Below are positions 1 through 8,610 of a stretch of DNA of 64,000 nucleotides, in pieces. The position numbers and the translations under genes are program-made. Under the pieces are notes generated by a model, which was not told the DNA's origin, ran no database searches, and saw only the letters and a program-made list of their open reading frames with translations. The number at the start of each line of letters is the position of its first letter. The first letter of the stretch is position 1. Location: the NCBI GenBank assembly GCA_019753155.1, contig JAIELG010000003.1:1524-65523 (forward strand), written 5' to 3'. This DNA is from Burkholderiales bacterium (GTDB lineage: Bacteria; Pseudomonadota; Gammaproteobacteria; Burkholderiales; JABEVD01).

Positions 1-384
1 CCCTACAGCGAGGACTGGGAACTGTGGCTGCGCATCGCCAGGGAATACCCTTTCATCAAGCTGCGCCAGCCAAGTACGCTATACCGGCAGCACCCCAAGC
101 AGGGGAACAGGCTGGTGAGGAGCATAGACTACCGGACCGTGCTGCTGACGAAAGCGGCTCGGAAGTGGGGCCTGTGCAGCCGCGACGGGCGTTGCGTGAA
201 GAGCCGGATATTTCATGTCCGGCTTGCCGGTTACCATGCCGATTTCGGACTTCATCACCTTCAGGCCGGCCATCTCAAGACGGCCATACGATCTTTCCTG
301 AAGGCATGGGTGACCCATCCGACACGAATGAAGTACCTTGCATACATTGCGGCGGGACTTCTCGGCTGGAAACCGAAATGGTGA
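1..384 (+). CDS. glycosyltransferase (GT2-like) C-terminal fragment; 5' end lies outside the window
   Basis: Frame 1 is open from nt 1 (PYSEDWELWLRIAREYPFIKLRQPSTLYRQHPKQGNRL...). This tail resembles family-2 glycosyltransferases. TGA at 382-384 overlaps the next ATG (ATGGTGA). Confidence 0.55.
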   Translation, partial: PYSEDWELWLRIAREYPFIKLRQPSTLYRQHPKQGNRLVRSIDYRTVLLTKAARKWGLCSRDGRCVKSRIFHVRLAGYHADFGLHHLQAGHLKTAIRSFLKAWVTHPTRMKYLAYIAAGLLGWKPKW

Positions 385-1337
385 AAGTTTGCGTAGTCAT
401 TCCCTACTACCAGAGCGATTCCGCCCCCCTCGTTCGGGCAATCCATTCCATCCTCGCCCAGGAAGGGGTGGATCGGCCTCATGTGCTGATCGTGGACGAC
501 GGTTCCCCCTGTCCTGCCCGCAAAATCCTTGATGAAAATTTTCCCGGTCACGAGGCATTCATTCGCATCATTGCGCAGGAAAACGGGGGAGCCGCGAAAG
601 CCCGCAACATGGGACTCGACCATCTGCCCGAGTCGGCCTCTCATATCGCATTTCTGGATTCGGACGACGAATGGGTTGCGGATCATCTGGCTAACGCTTT
701 GCACCTGCTCGAGCAGGGCTGCGATTTCTATTTCGCCGATCACCAGCGCGCCGAATGGGATAGCGGGAAGTTCAGCCGGATAGGATTGTCCCTGGACCGG
801 CATAAATGTCTCGACGATGCTGCCGGGTTGTACGAATATACCGGGGAAATATTGTTTCCGGTGATGGTCGACCATATGATTCAGACTTCCTCTGTCGTTT
901 ACAGCAAACTCATGTTGGGAGATATCCGTTTTCCGGTAGATCTGGTTCTGGGAGAAGATGAAATTTTCTGGGTCAAAGCCATGCGCCGTGCGCGCAAGAC
1001 CGGTTTTTGCAGCAAGGTCGAAGTCAGGATGGGAAAAGGCGTGAACATCTCCCAGGGAGGGGAGTGGGGCGATGAACGATCGTTTCAGTTGATGGCCCAG
1101 AACATTCGTTACTGGCAGAGCGTCCCTGATCTGCTGCCGGAGGAAACGCAGATCGAGCCGCTTCGGAGACTCAAGACCAGCCAGCTTCGCCAGAACTTTG
1201 CCGCAAGCGTCTGGTACCGGATCAGGCGGGGAAAAACACTGCCCATGCGCCCTATCGCAAGCTTCACTTCTTCGGACCCGGGATGGTTCTTCAGCTTGTG
1301 GGCCGTCCTGTTCAAACACATTGCAGGTAAACCATGA
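378..1337 (+). CDS. family-2 glycosyltransferase
   Basis: Uses the internal ATG at 378 of track ORF 24..1337 (MVKVCVVIPYYQSD...). GT2 hallmarks are VIPYYQ, LIVDDGSP and FLDSDDEW (DXD). The start overlaps the upstream stop. Confidence 0.8.
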   Translation: MVKVCVVIPYYQSDSAPLVRAIHSILAQEGVDRPHVLIVDDGSPCPARKILDENFPGHEAFIRIIAQENGGAAKARNMGLDHLPESASHIAFLDSDDEWVADHLANALHLLEQGCDFYFADHQRAEWDSGKFSRIGLSLDRHKCLDDAAGLYEYTGEILFPVMVDHMIQTSSVVYSKLMLGDIRFPVDLVLGEDEIFWVKAMRRARKTGFCSKVEVRMGKGVNISQGGEWGDERSFQLMAQNIRYWQSVPDLLPEETQIEPLRRLKTSQLRQNFAASVWYRIRRGKTLPMRPIASFTSSDPGWFFSLWAVLFKHIAGKP

Positions 1338-2371
1338 ATGACAGCAAGCTGCGCGTAGGCGTCTATCAAGCCCCCGACATTCCCCAGAGCTTCAAAGTCT
1401 ATGCATCAAATGTCGAACGGCATTTGCCGAAAGCCGGCATCGAACTCGTCCCATTCCACGGAAAGAATGACGTGCCTGGAAATGTCGACCTGTTATGGGA
1501 CATCCGTTCAGGAGGCGGCAATCCTCCGCTCGAATTCATGATTGGCGGCCCGCCCCTGGTGGTGACCGTTTATGGCTTTGCCCCGATCACCCTTTCCGGT
1601 TGGGAATATTTCAGAACGGTAAAGGGCGCCCTCATGTCGAAGCGATATGCCGGAGAGAAACTCGACGCATGGAAAAAGCTGAGGGATGGGGTGACTTCGA
1701 TCATCGCCATTTCCGAATTCACCGCAAAGGAGATTACAGGCTACACCGGAATCCCCCCGGAGAAAATCCATGTCTGCCATCTCGCTGTCGATAGCGCAGC
1801 CTTTGCTCCGAAACCCGGCGCCGCACGGGGAAACTATTTCCTGCATGTGTCGAATGATGAACCCCGCAAAAACCTGCCGAGAATCCTGAAAGCGTTCCGG
1901 CATCTGAGAAAAACCCATGACGTGGAACTATTGCTCAAGCTGCCCGCCGACCGGGCACGCCGCTACCAGGGTATCGACGGCGTTCGCGTAATCGCCGGTC
2001 TGCTGGGCACGGAAGAGCTCGCAGAACTTTACCGGGGCGCGATGGGTTTTGTTTTCCCCTCGCTCTATGAAGGATTCGGCCTGCCCATACTGGAAGCGAT
2101 GGCCTGCGGTTGCCCGGTCATCACCTCCAATGACAGCGCATGTCCGGAAGTGGCCGGAGATGCCGCCATCACCATCGACCCGCGCGACGAACACGCCATT
2201 TTTAAGGCAATGGAGACGCTTTTCCGGGAAAATGAAACACGCGACAAGCTGGCGGCTGCCGGACTGCAACGGGTACGCTCATTCTCGTGGCGGGCGAGCG
2301 CCGCCTGCCACGCGAAAGTCCTGATTGCCGCGTCCGGCGAAACAAATATTACTCAGGGAACCGTTGATTAA
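1334..2371 (+). CDS. GT-B fold glycosyltransferase (family 4-like)
   Basis: ATGA overlap with the upstream gene. The C-terminal motif PSLYEGFGLPILEAMACGCPVITSN is typical of GT4 enzymes. Confidence 0.85.
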   Translation: MNDSKLRVGVYQAPDIPQSFKVYASNVERHLPKAGIELVPFHGKNDVPGNVDLLWDIRSGGGNPPLEFMIGGPPLVVTVYGFAPITLSGWEYFRTVKGALMSKRYAGEKLDAWKKLRDGVTSIIAISEFTAKEITGYTGIPPEKIHVCHLAVDSAAFAPKPGAARGNYFLHVSNDEPRKNLPRILKAFRHLRKTHDVELLLKLPADRARRYQGIDGVRVIAGLLGTEELAELYRGAMGFVFPSLYEGFGLPILEAMACGCPVITSNDSACPEVAGDAAITIDPRDEHAIFKAMETLFRENETRDKLAAAGLQRVRSFSWRASAACHAKVLIAASGETNITQGTVD

Positions 2372-2389
2372 ATCAGCGGTTCCCTGAGT
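2351..2389. repeat. 39-bp near-perfect palindrome spanning the stop codons of two convergent genes (bidirectional terminator-like)
   Basis: Sequence is ACTCAGGGAACCG-TTGATTAAATCAG-CGGTTCCCTGAGT. The 13-bp outer arms are perfectly complementary, and inner TGATT/AATCA arms add pairing. It contains TAA 2369-2371 (+) and TTA 2368-2370 (-). Confidence 0.9.
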
Positions 2390-3441
2390 TCCTCAGCAAC
2401 GACATCCAGGTAAGCGTGACCATACTTCAAGTCCGGCTCAAGATAATTGCCTTCGGCCCACTCGTTCCATGATTTGACGAAAACGAAGCGGCGCTCATCC
2501 GGCAAGCGCCCTGCCAGATCAAGCGCTTCCTTGAAATGCCTGCGAAATAATTCAGGGGTGGAGCCTTGCAGCACGAGGCCGTTTCCTCCGCTTCTGGGCG
2601 TGTTATCCCAATTAGGGATGACGCAGGGATAATTTTCTATTCCCGGCGCAGGCTTGATGAGCAGGCTGTCCAGAATTTTTTCATAGGAATGTACTGTCGG
2701 CCAGCCCTTCATTTGCCGATACTTCTGCATCAGCTTTTTCACCGGCGTACGCCAGGATACCCACCCGCGTCGAGCGGGAAGCCTTGGCGTGATGGACGCA
2801 TCGAACCCATGCTCCTGCGGCTTCCAGCTTGGGCCTTCGACGCCGACCAGATGCAAGCCCTTGAGTCCTGCTGCCGTCGCCATTTCCTGCCACAGATCCA
2901 TGGTTCTTTTTACATCGGGGATCTCCATCGGACGAAAAACGACAAATACGGGTTTTCCATCCACCGTGATGTGGCGCCTGTCCTGAAATGCCGGCAAAAG
3001 GGAATCGAAATGGCGGCGATGATCCTCATCCCCAGGATAGGTTTGTTCCACCAGAATGCGATTGGGTGCGCCATGCCAGATCCCGGTCCAGGTCTGATTC
3101 GCCCAGCAGAGACAAAAGCCGAAATCAGGCTCTCCCGAACGCAGAACCTCCGCGAAGGGCCGCTCCAGCAATTCCTTGCCTGCAAACCAGTAATGGTAAT
3201 AGCAGAATCCCTCGAAGCCGAATTTCTTCGCCATTTCCGCCTGTGCCGCCCTTGTTTCGGCAACGCGCAGATCGTAAAAACCGAGATCGGCCGGGACATG
3301 CGGCTGATCATGACCGGGGAACAATGGCTTGGCCTTTGCCGTATTGGTCCATTCGGTAAAACCCTTTCCCCACCATGCGTCGTTTTCAGGAATGGGGTGG
3401 AACTGCGGCAGATAGAAGGCGATCGGTCTGGTTGATTTCAT
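2368..3441 (-). CDS. WbsX-like glycosyltransferase / GH99-like domain protein
   Basis: Start moved to the ATG at 3441 (MKSTRPIAFYLPQFHPIPENDAWWGKGFTEWTN...), the N-terminal signature I associate with the WbsX family. The longer track ORF start would overlap the upstream gene end. Confidence 0.65.
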   Translation of the reverse strand: MKSTRPIAFYLPQFHPIPENDAWWGKGFTEWTNTAKAKPLFPGHDQPHVPADLGFYDLRVAETRAAQAEMAKKFGFEGFCYYHYWFAGKELLERPFAEVLRSGEPDFGFCLCWANQTWTGIWHGAPNRILVEQTYPGDEDHRRHFDSLLPAFQDRRHITVDGKPVFVVFRPMEIPDVKRTMDLWQEMATAAGLKGLHLVGVEGPSWKPQEHGFDASITPRLPARRGWVSWRTPVKKLMQKYRQMKGWPTVHSYEKILDSLLIKPAPGIENYPCVIPNWDNTPRSGGNGLVLQGSTPELFRRHFKEALDLAGRLPDERRFVFVKSWNEWAEGNYLEPDLKYGHAYLDVVAEELREPLI

Positions 3442-3464
3442 GAGGTGATTCCGGCTCTGGTTAC

Positions 3465-4916
3465 TTATAGGCGCATGGCTTTCTTGGCGATCAGGAGAGA
3501 CTGCCCTATTTCGACTCTCATGGGATGCTTGAACAGGAAAAGACCTGCAACCCAACCCAACATGCAACTTGTCAGCCCAAGAAACAATTGCAGCCATAGC
3601 TTATCAGCCAGGAAGCCCTCTGTGAACAGGAGCATCATCAAAGGCGGAATGGCGGCCATAAAGGTAACTCCTGCGCTTTCATACAATGCTGCCGCAATAT
3701 CACTCAATCCGACATCAAGAATAATCCGGCATTGGAAATAGGTCACCACTGCGCCGACAAGGTTGGAAACAATCATCACGGCGCCAACAGCCTTGAGTCC
3801 GAATGGCGCAGCCAGGTATATGAGCAGGATTCGAATCGGGACATGAATCGCAAGCAGATAAAGATTCTGTTTCATTTGCCCGATTGCAGTCATCATCGAA
3901 CCCGCAAGCAGAAAAGGCGATGATAACATCATGGATACGCAGAGCAGTTGAAGCACGGTTACCGAAGGCTCCCAGTTCGAACCATACAGGATCAGGATGA
4001 TGGGATGAGCAAGGAGGCCCAGGCAGGAGAAAAAAGGCCAGGCCAGCACGGTCGCATAGGTCATTGAGCGCAGGAAACTGTCCTTTACGGCCCCCTTGTT
4101 TCTGGATTGCTCGGCAAAGTGAGGCAGTGCAACGCTCCACAAGGCGCTCATCACGAACCTGTCGAACATTGATACCAGCCCCGAGGCCCGGCCGAAATAA
4201 CCGACTACAGACATGCCGGACAGGCGGCCCAGGATCAAGTTGGACACCCCATCGTTCATCTCGCTTAAAATCATGACAAGACTGGAAAGCGACCCGAAAG
4301 AAAATACCTTCCGTATTTCCCTGAAACCGGGCAGAAAAGGCAATTCCTTGGGGCGCCATACCTGCGCCAGGGCCATGTTGCACACGATACCCGCGACCGA
4401 TCCCCATGCCAGCGCAAGGTAACTGAATCCCATATAGGCCAACCCGACCGAGGCAACTGTCGACAGGACATTGGAAATAACGTTGATCAGCGCAATGTGC
4501 TGGAAATCCATCTGCCTTTGCATGTATGCCATGGGCACCGTCCCGAAAGGGATGAGGATGAAGTTGAGACAGAGCACCAGCATGACCGACCTGATGCCGG
4601 GTTCACGATAAAATTCTGCCGCATAGCCGCTTCCCAATCCGATCACGGCGGCCATGATCCATGCAGTGATGAGTGTCATGGCAAAAGCAGAGCGGATTTT
4701 ATCCGGCGTAAGATCCTTCTCCTGTATGACATAGCTTGCCGCGCCGAAATCCCTGAGCCTATGGGCAAAACCAATGAGCACCACGGCTACGGAGTAGATT
4801 CCGATTTCTGCGGGGGTCAGGAGGCGGGCTATGATGATCGAAGCCAGGAATTGAAGCACGAAGCTGATGTAATTCTGGCCGAAGGAAAGAAAGATGGACC
4901 TCCTGACCTGGCTCAC
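3465..4916 (-). CDS. polysaccharide flippase (Wzx/MOP superfamily)
   Basis: 483 aa and almost entirely hydrophobic, with about 12-14 TM segments. The N-terminus SIFLSFGQNYISFVLQFLASIIIARLLTPAEIGIYS is typical of polysaccharide-biosynthesis/flippase proteins. GTG start (CAC at 4914-4916). Confidence 0.75.
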   Translation of the reverse strand: MSQVRRSIFLSFGQNYISFVLQFLASIIIARLLTPAEIGIYSVAVVLIGFAHRLRDFGAASYVIQEKDLTPDKIRSAFAMTLITAWIMAAVIGLGSGYAAEFYREPGIRSVMLVLCLNFILIPFGTVPMAYMQRQMDFQHIALINVISNVLSTVASVGLAYMGFSYLALAWGSVAGIVCNMALAQVWRPKELPFLPGFREIRKVFSFGSLSSLVMILSEMNDGVSNLILGRLSGMSVVGYFGRASGLVSMFDRFVMSALWSVALPHFAEQSRNKGAVKDSFLRSMTYATVLAWPFFSCLGLLAHPIILILYGSNWEPSVTVLQLLCVSMMLSSPFLLAGSMMTAIGQMKQNLYLLAIHVPIRILLIYLAAPFGLKAVGAVMIVSNLVGAVVTYFQCRIILDVGLSDIAAALYESAGVTFMAAIPPLMMLLFTEGFLADKLWLQLFLGLTSCMLGWVAGLFLFKHPMRVEIGQSLLIAKKAMRL

Positions 4917-5059
4917 TGAAATTCCCTGGCAAGCCGGAAAGTAATTGGAACCCGCGTCACGAGAAGCGCCTCACAGGATTGCGCAGGCCAGAATCGTGCT
5001 TTCATTGCGATCGTATCATCTTTAAATTGTGGGGCGTTCTCGACAGGGCTGCGTTGCGG

Positions 5060-5089
5060 ATTATATAACGACCACTCGCCTTTCTCCAA
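5060..5089 (-). promoter_or_regulatory. candidate sigma70 promoter for the flippase gene
   Basis: On the minus strand: TTGGAG (5089-5084), 18-nt spacer, TATAAT (5065-5060). It lies about 145 nt upstream of the GTG start. Confidence 0.3.
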
Positions 5090-5104
5090 ACAGTGGCCTG
5101 AAAT

Positions 5105-7468
5105 CTAACCGGCAGTCTTTGGCTGGAGCAGACAGAGGAAAAGCATCAGGTAGACAAGCAATGCAAGTCGCGGAAAATCCAGTATGCTGTCGAAAAGGCC
5201 CACTATCAGGAATCCGGAGAAAGACGACAGAAAAACAGCGGAAAGAAGGCGGTTCCGACCAGTTCCGTACATGAGTCTCACCACCGCCAAAAGAAGCAAC
5301 ATGAAGAATGCACCCAAGCCCAACACGCCCTGCTCGAAATACACATGAAGCATGAGATTCTTCTCATGCCATGGAAGATGGTAATGGTCGCTGCTGAAAA
5401 ACCACCGATCGGCGCCGTGAGAAAAATCCCCGTTATGGAGAATACTGCCCCCCTCGTCCGCAAGAACCACGTTTTTCAAATCCATGAAACCGCCCTCGCT
5501 CGCATTTGCCAGATAAAACTGGACCGTCGGACGCTTGTACCAGGGGGCCGAACCGATATCGCCGGAATTGAATTGCACCGTATAGCGATGCCATTTCCCG
5601 TCCGGCTCCATGGACAAGGTATTCTGAATGCAGTGATCTCCGTACAGCAGCAGCTTTTCGCACATCCCGGACACCAGCAATTCCTTGGAAAAAGTGCTGC
5701 GCGCCTCCAGTTCGAGGACATATGGGCGGTATGGCTGGATATCCACGCGCTGACCGTAACGCAAATAATCTCCGGACCACCCAGGCATCGATCCGGTCAA
5801 CCTGAGATAAGCGCCACCTTCTTCTGTTTCGATCCGATAGGTGCCGGGCCGCCCTTTTTTCGTCTTCCAGAAATAGGTTTCAGGAAATTTACCCAGCCCC
5901 ATACCGAATGCATGGGTTTCCCAATCCGCGTCCATCATTGACAGAACCTCGAACCAATGATCGGTGCGGTCTTGCCAATCCGTGTTGACCTGGGAAAACC
6001 TCTCCCCGACGTAATAGTTGCCGATAACCGGTATGGCAAGCGATACGAGCATGAGAGCGAGGGAAAGAAGCTGGGCGTTCGAGCGATCCCACCGCCACAG
6101 GGGAACGGCTATCCAGGCGTTGACGAGGACAAGGGCAAAGATCAATGCAGACATGGCGACACCGCTCACGAGAGCGGGCTGCCCCCCCCAATGCCAATCC
6201 ACCATCAACCCACTTGCAGCCATTGCGAAAAATCCCGCCGCAGCCAGCATGATTCCAATTTTTCCCATCTCATTCCTGAATATGGCATGGATCAAAAACC
6301 CGACGAGAAAAATTGAACATGCCAAGCCAAAAGACAGGTATGCGCCTTTTGCAGACATTTCGAACAGAATGAAACTGATCGGAACGAACAACACCATTAA
6401 CGCTGCAATTGCCCCCTTGAATGGCAACGGCCCAGATCCTCCTACAAAAAAAGCCGCCCATAGGGACAGAACGGCAACGAACAGGCCTCGATACCCACCT
6501 GAAGCAAACACATTGACAAGCAACGCGACGACAACCGCAAAAATGACCGTCATCGACACGACGCTCCCCCGTCTTCGTTGCGACCCGATTGTCACAATCC
6601 CCAAGATCACAGCCAGGGAAGCTGCAATAGCCATATAAAGGCCGCGCGAAAAAGTGGCCAATGCGGCATAAATACCAGATACCAGCACCGGAATGACCGC
6701 GATGCTGGAAAGCATGCCCTTTCCCCGCAAAATCCAGAACAGTGCAAAGGGAAGCGTCAGCGCAAGGTAGGCATCAAGCGCTGCCCCGCCCGTGTGCATC
6801 TCTGGAAAAGTCGAGGTGATGCGGTAATCGCTGGAAAAATCCATGAGTCCTGTGAACGCCAGGCGCTCCCACAATGCGGCAAGAGCAACCAGGGCCAGCC
6901 CCGTCAATATTCCGGGAATAAACAGACGTTCAATGTTGCCCCCATCGACGCTTCGCTTCAAAAGAGGCAGCAGCAATAGCGCCCAGACGAACGGCTTGAG
7001 TATCCTGAGACTGTTGTAATGACTGAAATAATTGCCAAACGCATTGGCGTCGAAACCCTGCAGGGGAATCAATCCGCGCCAGGCGCTGATTGCAAAGGAC
7101 AATGCCAGCAGGAAGAGCAGGAGGGCGGCGGCTGCCGGCAAACGGCTGTCAGGCTCATTCCGGGCCAGTTTGTAGTAACCCACCATCAATGTTGCCAAAA
7201 CGAACAGATCCAGCTCCTCGAAAAACAGCCATCCGCTCCAGGGCGCAAGATCGGCAATCGGCAAAATGGCGGGGATCACGAAAAGCCAGAATCTGGGCTT
7301 CACCCGCAGAAGGCCGGCGTAGCAGGCCAAGGCAAGCCCGAGCCAGAACGGATTCAAGGGATAGTGCATGATGCCGAGAGCTACGCCAGTCAGGCTTGCA
7401 GGAATCAGGAGAAGCGACAGCAGTTTCATCGAAACCGTGTTGCGGACCCGAGGTTCAAAGTAAGGCAT
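5105..7468 (-). CDS. O-antigen ligase/polymerase-like (Wzy_C-type) polytopic membrane protein with an inserted beta-rich periplasmic module
   Basis: 787 aa with many TM segments. It has an ATFSRG region, then AFGMGLGKF ... HEKNLMLHVYFEQGVLGLG (the GxGxG ... H-x-N ... E-x-G pattern of WaaL/Wzy_C proteins). About 165 aa are inserted between the two halves of that pattern. Confidence 0.65.
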   Translation of the reverse strand: MPYFEPRVRNTVSMKLLSLLLIPASLTGVALGIMHYPLNPFWLGLALACYAGLLRVKPRFWLFVIPAILPIADLAPWSGWLFFEELDLFVLATLMVGYYKLARNEPDSRLPAAAALLLFLLALSFAISAWRGLIPLQGFDANAFGNYFSHYNSLRILKPFVWALLLLPLLKRSVDGGNIERLFIPGILTGLALVALAALWERLAFTGLMDFSSDYRITSTFPEMHTGGAALDAYLALTLPFALFWILRGKGMLSSIAVIPVLVSGIYAALATFSRGLYMAIAASLAVILGIVTIGSQRRRGSVVSMTVIFAVVVALLVNVFASGGYRGLFVAVLSLWAAFFVGGSGPLPFKGAIAALMVLFVPISFILFEMSAKGAYLSFGLACSIFLVGFLIHAIFRNEMGKIGIMLAAAGFFAMAASGLMVDWHWGGQPALVSGVAMSALIFALVLVNAWIAVPLWRWDRSNAQLLSLALMLVSLAIPVIGNYYVGERFSQVNTDWQDRTDHWFEVLSMMDADWETHAFGMGLGKFPETYFWKTKKGRPGTYRIETEEGGAYLRLTGSMPGWSGDYLRYGQRVDIQPYRPYVLELEARSTFSKELLVSGMCEKLLLYGDHCIQNTLSMEPDGKWHRYTVQFNSGDIGSAPWYKRPTVQFYLANASEGGFMDLKNVVLADEGGSILHNGDFSHGADRWFFSSDHYHLPWHEKNLMLHVYFEQGVLGLGAFFMLLLLAVVRLMYGTGRNRLLSAVFLSSFSGFLIVGLFDSILDFPRLALLVYLMLFLCLLQPKTAG

Positions 7469-8453
7469 AGCCCAGTCGTCGGTTCATTTTATCCAGCACC
7501 CTGATGCGGTGGAACGCTTTTTTTGTTTTGGTTTCCGAACCCGACAACATCGGCTTCAGAAAAAGCTGAAAATATAAATTTTCCTTGAAGCAACTGGTGG
7601 TGATTTCTGCAATATTTTCATTTTCGAATTCGTTCTTGTGTTCGGAAATCATTTGACTGAGTATCTCCCGAGGCAGGAACCTGGTAACAATCGCATTCGT
7701 CATGATTCGTTCGGCATTCGGGATCACGCCCTGGAGATATTTTTTTGTTATGGCGATCAAGTTGATGCCGAACACTTCGATCAACTTATACCCTCCGGAG
7801 TTGTTCGCTAGCGCGCCAAACAAGGGCGTACTGACATAATAATGAATTTCGCATGCTTCCAATGCCTTGAACGTCCATGACAATTGGGACAAACTGGAAT
7901 TCAATTCAGCGTAAGCATCGAAGTTCCGGAACCTGTCCTTGATCAATGCCCGGTTAACCACATTGGCTGAAATGAACGTCAGGAAAATATTGGTCAATCT
8001 GAACAGTTTCCTGGAGCTTACGGACTCGATTTTGACCATATCGGGCTTCTCCCGTGTACACACCGAGTTTTGCTGCCCCTGAACGAATCCGCTGCTCGAT
8101 AAATGCAGCAGGCCAAAGTTTTCAGTTCGGCACAACGCCAACACGTACTCGACCGTCCCGCGATACATCACCTCGTCATCACCGATGACCCAAAGATATT
8201 TGCCTCTTGCCAAATCGAAACTTGCTGCAATATTGCCATCGGCCCCGATATTGGTCTCGTTGACAATATAGCTGATCGGATAACCACGTTGCAAAAAGCC
8301 ACGTATAACCGCACCCGTTTCATCGGGAGACGCATTATCCGACACGATCAATTCCAAATCTTCCGGCCATTGATCAAAATCCTGCACAACTGACTCAAGC
8401 AAACCGTTTAAAAGTTGTGCACGGTTATACGTGGGGACAACAATCGATAACAT
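7455..8453 (-). CDS. family-2 glycosyltransferase (visibly AT-richer than neighbours)
   Basis: MLSIVVPTYNRAQLLNGLLESV... plus SDNASPDET and VIGDDE motifs. Start chosen at the ATG at 8453 by analogy with GT2 N-termini. In-frame ATGs at 8477 and 8507 are alternatives. Confidence 0.75.
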   Translation of the reverse strand: MLSIVVPTYNRAQLLNGLLESVVQDFDQWPEDLELIVSDNASPDETGAVIRGFLQRGYPISYIVNETNIGADGNIAASFDLARGKYLWVIGDDEVMYRGTVEYVLALCRTENFGLLHLSSSGFVQGQQNSVCTREKPDMVKIESVSSRKLFRLTNIFLTFISANVVNRALIKDRFRNFDAYAELNSSLSQLSWTFKALEACEIHYYVSTPLFGALANNSGGYKLIEVFGINLIAITKKYLQGVIPNAERIMTNAIVTRFLPREILSQMISEHKNEFENENIAEITTSCFKENLYFQLFLKPMLSGSETKTKKAFHRIRVLDKMNRRLGYALL

Positions 8454-8610
8454 GACAGTACTCAATGCGCCTCCCATTTCGTATCCCGTTTTCAATCCGG
8501 CCTCCATATTATCAAAAATTCAGCGTTCCATTGATTCCTTATATAAATTACAATACTGCACCAGCCTGCGGAATCAGGCTCCGATTTTCCACTATCAAAC
8601 TGAGGAAAAC

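Noticed and set aside
24-377. 5' extensions of track ORFs: 24..377 before the GT2 gene, 8431..8610 before the dehydrogenase, 51795..52043 before bioA, 44590..44679 before the HDOD gene, 30573..30710 before the P-type ATPase, 51972..52166 before the J-like gene, and 37499..37633 before the ABC ATPase.
   Set aside because: The extensions overlap neighbouring genes or the MITE-like element and lack homology-like sequence. Internal starts have SD sequences or stop/start overlaps and give N-termini matching the protein families.
2366-2379. CCGCTGATTTAATC as a DNA uptake sequence. The organism has comEC and type IV pilins, and uptake sequences often form terminator palindromes.
   Set aside because: Only three copies occur in 64 kb, two of them the ends of one element. 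True DUS/USS occur roughly once per kb.
8508-8610. A JUMPStart/ops (GGCGGTAG) antitermination element or a strong sigma70 promoter in the divergent spacer ahead of the TviB-like gene.
   Set aside because: No ops-like octamer is present. The candidate -35/-10 pairs (TTGATT...TACAAT and TTCAGC-17-TATAAA) have poor spacing or poor hexamers, so no promoter call is made.
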